DNA of 64,000 bases from Mobula hypostoma (Eukaryota): NCBI RefSeq assembly GCF_963921235.1, contig NC_086108.1, positions 94,986,001 through 95,050,000 of the forward strand, in the 5' to 3' direction. This document shows positions 55,001 to 64,000 of the stretch, in pieces. The translations under genes and the position numbers were made by a program. The notes beneath the pieces were generated by a model, which ran no database searches, was not told the DNA's origin, and saw nothing but the letters and a program-made list of their open reading frames with translations. Positions within the stretch are counted from its first letter, which is position 1, and the number at the start of each line of letters is the position of its first letter.

Positions 55001-56264
55001 CTTTAGCAACACTTTGACTCCTCTGATCTCTTTGCAATAAAAATGTATTTCTTTGTGTTCTAATTGTGCTTTTTTCTGTAAAATTTGAATGTAATTAATG
55101 TTTAATTTATGTTTTTTTCTTGTAACGGTTGCTTAAATGCCTGTAATGTTGCCACGAGGAAGTTTTTGTTGCACTGGTGTATACAGGTACAGATGGCAAT
55201 AAACTCAACTTTAACTTTTACTCAAAGTCCTCCCCTATCACCATAAACTGTACCCCCCAGAGACACAAGACACTGCAGATACTGGAATCTGGAGCAACAC
55301 ACAAAAAGGAAGCAGGTGTGGAAAAAAACAACAAAATAGGAGCAGGAGTAGGCTACCAGCTCCCTTGAGCCTGCCTCATCGTTCAATATGGCCATGGCTC
55401 AACAATAAGAAATTCATCTCCCTTGCTAGTTCCCTATTGTTCTCAATTCCTCAATCTTATCTATCACCACCTAAATATAATGATCTGATCTCCACCTCTC
55501 CCTGGGGCAAAGAATTCCAGAGATTCCCCACAAAGAAGACACAGAGAACGCAGATGCTGGAATCTGGAGGAACCTAGTGGCTCAAATAACATCTGAGTGA
55601 AAAATGGAGTGCCAGTGTTCTGGGTCAACCTGGATTTAGGAAGGCTCTCGACCTGAAACGTTGGCAATCAAGTTCGCTCCAAGATGCTCTCGACTTGCTA
55701 AGTTCCTCCAGCTTTTTGTCTGAGCTCTAGGATAACATTAGGACAAGGCTCTGCAGATGCTGGAATTGGAGCACCAACTATCTGCTGAAAGAACACAGCA
55801 GATCAAGCAGCACCTGTGGGATAAAGACTTTATAAGGAGGTATATAAAATCACGAGGTACACATGGTCACTGTCTTTTTCTCAGGGTAGGGTGGGTCCAA
55901 AACTAGATGGTAAACAAAATATATTTGGATAGGTACCTGGATAGAAAACAAGCATGCAGCCCAGGATGGTGACTCCCAGTGCAGTGCGGTCAAGAGTTGA
56001 CAGTGAGGGAACAGCGGGACTCCCCAGGGCATAGGTTGGTGGAATCATCAGACAGACTGGAAATCTCCACTGGCTGCTCTGGCACAATGCAAGCCGATGG
56101 ACACTGGCCCGAGCACCGAGCAGTCGCTCCACAACCCCCGGCAGCTTCAAACGCCTTCACCAGTGTTTCTCTCAACAGCTGGAAGATGTGAACCTCATCA
56201 TCGACAAACATCTCGGCAACCACTTTCAGATTGCACGTACAATCCACCTGAGCTCATTTCAAGG

Positions 56265-56487
56265 CAATGTACTCTGAACTTCGGAAAGGGTAAGACGAGG
56301 GAACACACACCAGTCCTCACAGAGGGATCAGAAGTGGAAAAGGTGAGCAATTTCCAGTTCCTGGGTGATCTCTGAGGATCTATCCTGGACCCAATGGATT
56401 GATGCAGCTATAAAGAAGGCAAGACAGTAGCTATATTTCATTAGGAGTTTGAGGAGATTTGGTATGCCACCTAAAACACTCACGAAT
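56265..56487 (+). mobile_element. Rex1-like fragment truncated by an L1 insertion
   Basis: KGKTREHTPVLTEGSEVEKVSNFQFLG; reverse-complement match to 12670-12880. Confidence 0.75.
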
Positions 56488-59300
56488 TTCTTCTTTTTCA
56501 ATATTTTTATTATTAATTTTACATATAAGAATACAGAGTACAAGAAAAAAATGTATCAATACATTATACTAAATCACATATAAAGACTCCTTACCCTATA
56601 TTCATACAGATTAATTAATTCATAACATTGAAATATAGTAATTTTATTATATAAAAAAATCTAACCCACCGTCAAGACCGAAGCTGATTAGTAAAGAAAA
56701 AAAGGAAAAAACATTATTAGTCATCATCTGTGCTTTAACAGCAAATCAAAGGTTTTGAAAATAATTCAAAAAAGGTCCCCACAATGTTTGAAAGTCATGG
56801 CTAGATTCCGAGATTGAATATCGAATCTTCTCTAAATTTAAACGTGACATGACATCACGTAAATGGCGGGAGGAGAGAGAGCAGTGTGCTGCTCGTGCGC
56901 AGCCCTCCGGTGAAAAATGATACCGTATCCGTTAAATAGGGGCCATGGACAATTCTGATTTGATGGAGACGGACGTGAAAGCACAGAGGAACATCTGCAA
57001 AAATTTCTGAAACGCCAGTTCGCTGCTGTTGTTACTGTGTGATCAGGAATCTTTCAGAGGGAAGGCCTCAAAATCCCCGGCTTTGCCTGCTATTGGCGAC
57101 CGAGATGGAGGTCGAATCATTCGGATAGAGATGGCGCTCAGTACTCAGTGTCGGAGAGCTGATTAGAGCTCAAAGTTTTCGGACGACTCAGAGTCGGACC
57201 GTGCTCGGGTATGGCAGGGAGAGTTTTTCTTCCTTCTCCCGTCTGCGTGAGATGTGGGACATTTGAGAGACTTTGAACTTTTTACTGTGCTCATGGACTT
57301 CTTCATCAAGTTATGGTATTGTTGCACTGTTGTAACCATATGTTATAATTATGTGGTTTTGTTAGTTTTTTCAGTCTTGGTCTGTCCTGTGTTCGTGATA
57401 TCACACCAGGAAATATTGTATCATTTCTTAATGCATGCATTACTAAATGACAATAAAAGAGGACTGCGTGTCCTCATAATCTAACCATTGAGCATGAATA
57501 AGAGAGGCTGCATCTTTCCACTTAAGCAAGAGCGTCCTTCTGGCCTTCAGAGAAATAAAAGCCAAAATGTGCAAGTCAGATGACTTCAAAATAATATCCT
57601 TTCCCCCAACAATGCCAAATAAAGCGGTCAAAAGATTAGGCTTAAAGTTTACTTTGAAAAGTAGCGAGAAAGTTTGAAATACCTCTTTCCAATGTTTTCC
57701 AAGACTTGGACATGTCCAAAACATATGAATGAGTGACGCGTCTCCATTATTACATTTATCACAATACGGAGATATATCTAAGTAAAAACAAGACAACTTA
57801 TCCTTGGTCATATGGGCCCCATGGATCATTTTAAATTGTAGGAGAGAGTGGCAGGTACATAACGATGAAGTGTTGACCAATTTAAAAATTTGATTCGAAG
57901 TTTCCTCAGAAATTGAAGTCTGTAAATCTTTAAAGATTCTTAATTTTATCTAAAGGAACACCTCTCATTCCCAACAGCATATTATAAATATTAGATATAG
58001 ATCCATCATAAAAAGGTTTCAAATTAAAAATTACATCTTGTAGATTCTTGTCAGGACTTTTAGGAAGTGTACTTATTTGAGACCATAAAAAAATCTCTTA
58101 TTTGTAGGTATCAAAAAAAAAGCTTTGGGTAAACTATATTTAGTTGACAGTTGTTCAAACGAAAAGAGACTTCCCTCTACAAACAAATCCTGAAAGCATT
58201 TAGTACCTAATCTATCCCATTCTTTAAAAGCCACATCAATCATAGAGGGTTTAAAAAATAATTAGAAAAAAAAATGGGACTCAAAAGAGAAAATCTCAAT
58301 AAGCCGAAGTGTTTTCGGAATTGGTATCCAAATTTTCATAGTGTGTTTAACTACCAGATTATCTGTTAACTTATTCAGAGACAAAGGAAGTGAGGATCCA
58401 AGAAGAGAAATAATAGAAAATTTATTAACAGAATTAGCTTCTAAAAACCCCACATTGGGCAATCCTCACAATTAATGTAATATAACCAAAATGTAAGATT
58501 TCTTATATTAAATGCCCAATAATAAAATCTAAAGTTTGATAAGGCTAATCCTCCACTCTTTTTATCTTCCTGAAGATGAATTTTATTTAATCTAGAATGC
58601 TTATTCTTCCGTATATAAGAATATATAATAGTCAAGAGAATCAAAAAAAGATTTAAGAATAAAAACAGGCAATGTCTGAAAAAGATATATAAATTTAGGT
58701 AATATATTCATTTTAATAGAGTTAATTCGGCCAATCAGTGATAACGAAAGAGGCGACCAATTTGATAGTATCCATTTTACATGATTCAATAGGGTAAGAA
58801 AATTTTCTTTAAATAGACGCTTATAGTTTTTAGTAATTGTTACACCTAAGTAGGTAAACTAGTTTCTTACAATTATAAAAGGAAGGTTAGAATTTGTTGG
58901 TATCAAATTATTCAAAGGGAAAAGTTCACTTTTATGTTGATTTAATTTATAACCTGAGAACTGGCTAAAACAGGAGAGTAAAGAAAGCGCATGTGGTAAC
59001 AAAGTCTCAACATTAGAAATAAATTGCAGTAGATCATCAGCGTACAGCGAGACTTTGTGAATAGTGTCTCTCCTCAAAATACCAGTGATATCATTAGATT
59101 CTCGAAAGGCAATGGCTAAAGGTTCTAAGGCCAGATCAGAAAGCAAAGGGCTCAACGGACAGCCTTGTCTAGTGCCACGTTGAAGCTTAAATAGTTTCAA
59201 ATTATGAGAATTAGTGATAACCCTAGCGGAAGGAGCTAGATAAAGTAATTTAATCCATTGAATGAAAACAGGTCCAAAATCGAATTTTTCTAAAGTTTTC
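56488..59300 (-). mobile_element. L1/Tx1-clade LINE, 3' half, decayed
   Basis: RGTRQGCPLSPLL, SLYADD, GRINSIKMNILPK, C-terminal CDKC..HMFWTC zinc knuckle; A-rich tail at 56488. Confidence 0.88.
56865..57484 (+). mobile_element. ~620 bp non-autonomous retroelement, copy 3, inserted in L1
   Basis: Colinear with copy 1 once the 7065-7705 insertion is removed; tail cataatctaa. Confidence 0.8.
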
Positions 59301-61231
59301 CTTTCTTTCTTTTTGAATCTTTTTATTAGTTTTCAAGTTCATAAACATAATAACAATAGTGATATAAAGAGATTGGAATTACATTATTGATAATAAACAT
59401 ATACAAGAGAAATTACAAATAGTACAAGTGTAATAACCTTCCAACCTCTTAATATAATTAATCATGAAGAGAAAAAAAAGAAAAGGATATCACAAAGAAA
59501 AACCCCAAAAAACAAAAAAAACAAGCAGAACAAAACAGGGCTGAACCAACATATTAGATCGAATACAATCATTAATGTCGTTAACTCCACTCCTCTATTC
59601 ATATATCCTAAGTTAATAAGAAGGATTCGGAAAGGGTCAAACTACATCATATGAAAATGTTGAATAAATGGCTTCCAAGTCTCTTCAAATTTAATTGAAG
59701 GATCAAAAATGACACTTCCGATTTTTTCTAAATTTAAACATGATATAGTTTGAGAAATCCATTGAAATGTAGTAGGAGGATTGGTCTCTTTCCAGTTCAA
59801 TAAAATAGATCTTCTGGCCGTTAATGTAACAAATGCGATCGTACGACAGGCTGAAGAGGATAGAGAGCTATGTTCTATCATTGGCAAACCAAAAATTCCC
59901 TTAATAGGATAGGGTTGTAAATCAAAACGCAAAACTGTTGAAGTGATATCAAGGATATCTCTCCAAAATTTTTCCAAGAGAGGGCAGGACCAGAACATAT
60001 GAGTCAAAGAAGCCACCTCAGAGTGACATCTGTCACAAATAGGATTTATATGGGAGTAAAAATGAGCTAGTTTATCTTTAGACATGTGGGCCCTATGTAC
60101 TACCTTAAATTGTATCAGCGTATGTTTAGCACATATAGAGAAAGAGCTAACTAATTGAAAAATTTTCTCCTATTTCTCTATAGGTAGGTAAAGTTGAAGT
60201 TCCCTTTCCCATTCATTTTTAATTTTATCAGATATACCTGGCTGTATTTTCATAATTATATCATAAGTAGTTGTTATTAATCCCTTCTGATAAGAATTTA
60301 AGCCTAAAATTTTTTCCGTGATATCAGTTGGGTATGAAATTGGAAATGTAGGCAGCATGGTATTTAAAAGGTTTCTTATTTGTAAGTATCTAAAAAAATG
60401 GGATCTGGACAAGTTATATTTATTAGACAACTGTTCAAAAGACATGGAACAGTTATTCAAAAATAAGTCACAAAAACATGTTACACCCTTCATTTCCCAT
60501 ATCAAAAAGGCTTGATCCATAACAGAGGGTTGGAAAAAAATTAGATGTAATAGGACTTGATAATATAAATTTGTTCAAACCAAAAAATTTACGAAATTGG
60601 AACCATATTCGTAATGTGTGTTTAATTATTGGATTAACTATTTCCTTATTCAATTTGGAAAACACAAAGGGCAGTGAAGGTTCTAAAATAGAAACTAATG
60701 AAAACCCTTGTACAGAGTAACTTTCGCAGTTTACCCACTGTGGACTTGGAATTATATCCCAATCTTGAGTCCAAAATATTAAGTATTGAATATTTAAACG
60801 CAAACAACAGGAATTCTGCAGATGCTGGAAATTAATTGCCCAATACAGTAATAGAATCTTAAATTCGGCAATACTAAACGACCGTCTTTCTTGGACTTCT
60901 GTAGATATTTTTTACTTAACCTAGGATTTTTATTCTGCCATATATAAGAGGAAATTTTAGAATCAATAGTATCAAAAAAAGATTTAGGAATACAAATTGG
61001 TACCGCTTGAAATAGATATAAAAATTTAGGTAGAATATTCATTTTAATAGCATTGATTCGGCCAATCTGTGATAGGGACAATGGGGACCATTTAATAAGC
61101 AATTGTTTAACCTGACTAATTAACGGTAAAAAATTGAGCTCGAATAAGTCCTTATGCCTCTGAGCAATTTTAACCCCAAATAGGTAAATTAGTTGGTAAT
61201 CAATCTAAAAGGTGAACACCTATAAATAGGA

Positions 61232-63010
61232 AACAACAGGAATTCTGCAGATGCTGGAAATTCAAGCAACATACATCAAAGTTGCTGGTGAACGCAGCAG
61301 GCCAGGCAGCATCTATAGGAAGAAGCGCAGTCGACGTTTCAGGCCGAGACCCTTCGTCAGGACTAACTGAAGAAAGAGTGAGTAAGGGATTTGAAAGCTG
61401 GAGGGGGAGGGGGAGATGCAAAATGATAGGAGAAGACAGGAGGGGGAGGGATGGAGCCGAGAGCTGGACAGGTGATAGGCAGAAGGGGGTACGAGAGGAT
61501 CATGGGACAGGAGGTCCGGGAAGAAAGACGGGGGGGGGGGTGACCCAGAGGATGGGCAAGAGGTATATTCAGAGGGACAGAGGGAGAAAAAGGAGAGTGA
61601 GAGAAAGAATGTGTGCATTAAAAAGAGTAACAGATGGGGTACGAGGGGGAGGTGGGGCCTAGCGGAAGTTAGAGAAGTCAATGTTCATGCCATCAGGTTG
61701 GAGGCTACCCATACGGAATATAAGGTGTTGTTCCTCCAACCTGAGTGTGGCTTCATCTTTACAGTAGAGGAGGCCGTGGATAGACATGTCAGAATGGGAA
61801 TGGGATGTGGAATTAAAATGTGTGGCCACTGGGAGATCCTGCTTTCTCTGGCGGACAGAGCGTAGATGTTCAGCAAAGCGGTCTCCCAGTCTGCGTCGGG
61901 TCTCACCAATATATAAAAGGCCACATCGGGAGCACCGGACGCAGTATATCACCCCAGTCGACTCACAGGTGAAGTGATGCCTCACCTGGAAGGACTGTTT
62001 GGGGCCCTGAATGGTGGTAAGGGAAGAAGTGTAAGGGCATGTGTAGCACTTGTTCCGCTTACACGGATAAGTGCCAGGAGGGAGATCAGTGGGGAGGGAT
62101 GGGGGGGACGAATGGACAAGGGAGTTGTGTAGGGAGCGATCCCTGCGGAATGCAGAGAGAGGGGGGGAGGGAAAGATATGCTTAGTGGTGGGATCCCGTT
62201 GGAGGTGCGGAAGTTACGGAGAATAATATATTGGACCCGGAGGCTGGTGGGGTGGTAGGTGAGGACCAGGGGAACCCTATTCCTAGTGGGGTGGTGGGAG
62301 GATGGAGTGAGAGCAGATGTACGTGAAATGGGGGAGATGCGTTTAAGAGCAGAGTTGATAGTGGAGGAAGGGAAGCCCCTTTCTTTAAAAAATGAAGACA
62401 TCTCCCTCGTCCTAGAATGAAAAGCCTCATCCTGAGAGCAGATGCGGCGGAGACGGAGGAATTGCGAGAAGGGGATGGCGTTTTTGCAAGAGACAGGGTG
62501 AGAAGAGGAATAGTCCAGATAGTTGTGAGAGTCAGTAGGCTTATAGTAGACATCAGTGGATAAGCTGTCTCCAGAGACAGAGACAGAAAGATCTAGAAAG
62601 GGGAGGGAGGTGTCAGAAATGGACCAGGTAAACTTGAGGGCAGGGTGAAAGTTGGAGGCAAAGTTAATAAAGTCAACGAGTTCTGCATGCGTGCAGGAAG
62701 CAGCGCCAATGCAGTCGTCGATGTAGCGAAGGAAAAGTGGGGGACAGATACCAGAATAGGCACGGAACATAGATTGTTCCACAAACCCAACAAAAAGGCA
62801 GGCATAGCTAGGACCCATACGGGTGCCCATAGCTACACCTTTAGTTTGGAGGAAATGGGAGGAGCAAAAGGAGAAATTATTAAGAGTAAGGACTAATTCT
62901 GCTAGACGGAGCAGAGTGGTGGTAGAGGGGAACTGATTAGGTCTGGAATCCAAAAAGAAGCGTAGAGCTTCTTCCTATAGATGCTGCCTGGCCTGCTGCG
63001 TTCACCAGCA
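61232..63010 (-). mobile_element. Penelope-like element, 5'-truncated, with a short inverted pLTR fragment (62967-63012)
   Basis: QTKGVAMGTRMGPSYA, RYIDD, GIY-YIG domain; 14-bp TSD acctataaatagga at 61218-61231 and 63011-63024. Confidence 0.93.
61329..61364 (-). ncRNA. Minimal type I hammerhead ribozyme motif in PLE pLTR (intact core)
   Basis: Reverse complement is identical to the motif at 51791-51826. Confidence 0.8.
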
Positions 63011-64000
63011 ACCTATAAATAGGAGCCTGCATATTTAATGAAAAAGTTCACTCTTGCTGAGATTCAATTTATAGCCAGAAAAACTACTAAACTGAGCAAG
63101 CAAAGATAATACTGCCGGAATGGATTTCTCAGGGTTAGAAATATATAATAGTAAGTCATCTGCATATAGTGATAATTTATGTATATCATTCCCACGGGTA
63201 ATACCAAATACGTTAGGAGAGTCACGAATGGCAATAGCTAATGGTTCCAGGGCAATATCGAATAATAATGGACTAAGAAGGCAACCCTGCCTAGTACCGC
63301 GGAATAACTGAAAAAAGGGAGATCTTTGATTATTAGTAAATACCGAAGCCAAAGGAGTAAGGTATATCAATTTAATCCAAGATATAAATATTGGACTAAA
63401 ATTGAATTTCTCAAGCGTATTAAACAGATATGTCCATTCGACTCTATCAAAAGCTTTCTCAGCATCCAATGAGATGACGCATTCTGGAGTTTTAGGTGAA
63501 GAAGTATAAACAATATTCATTAATCTCCGAATATTAAAGAAGGAGTAACGATTTTTAATAAATCCTGTCTGATCAACAGAAATAATTTGAGGTAATACAT
63601 TCTCCAGTCTCATTGCCAATATTTTAGAAAAAATCTTAGAATCCACATTCAGCAAAGATATAGGCCTGTAAGATGCACATTCAGAAGGATCCTTATCTTT
63701 TTTAAGAGTGAGGGAAATAGAAGCTCAATAAAAAGATTGAGGTAATTTACCTATAGATACTGAATCCTTAAAGATTCTACATAACCAAGGAGAAAGTATA
63801 GTAGAAAAGGATTTTAAAAATTCTACTGTATAACCGTCTGGACCAGCTGCTTTACCTGAATTCATCGAGGAAATAGCATTCTTTATTTCTTCTACCGTAA
63901 TAGGTACATCTAATTTTAAACATTCATTGGGTGGTAATTTTGGAATATTCAATTTCTTTAAAAATTCGTGCATTATCGTGGAATCATCAGGAAATTCTGA

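Larger units (their letters stand above)
59301..64000 (-). mobile_element. Second L1/Tx1-clade LINE whose tail interrupts the first; runs off the window end
   Basis: SGKAAGPDGY, LNVDSKIFSKIL, SLDAEKAFDRVEW, SLYADDLL, CDRC..HMFWSC; 3'UTR and A-rich tail 59301-59641. Confidence 0.9.

Noticed and set aside
44400..64000. EVI5, expected head-to-head with RPL5 from vertebrate synteny
   Set aside because: No recognisable EVI5 exon; the region is almost entirely TE-derived

Overview
Vertebrate nuclear DNA, most likely an elasmobranch (ray/shark; inferred from HE1-like V-SINEs and the abundant CR1, Rex1 and Penelope repeats). It holds two convergent, intact protein-coding genes: the last three coding exons of DIPK1A/FAM69A (+, 8020-15891) and the complete 8-exon RPL5 gene (-, 44249-29469; 894 nt = 297 aa + stop), with a 5'TOP start, an NRF1 palindrome and a non-canonical GC-AG intron 2. 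Most of the rest is nested transposable elements: CR1, Rex1/Babar-like, L1/Tx1, Penelope-like, Tc1, pogo/Tigger-like, hAT-like and SINEs. The most notable pattern is in the Penelope-like elements. Three separate TSD-bounded insertions all have two outward-facing 3' ends, one with a 35-49 nt tail and one without, and they carry minimal hammerhead ribozyme motifs. Exon, TSD and ribozyme coordinates were counted by hand; boundaries of older TEs are approximate and family names are by recognition, not database search.
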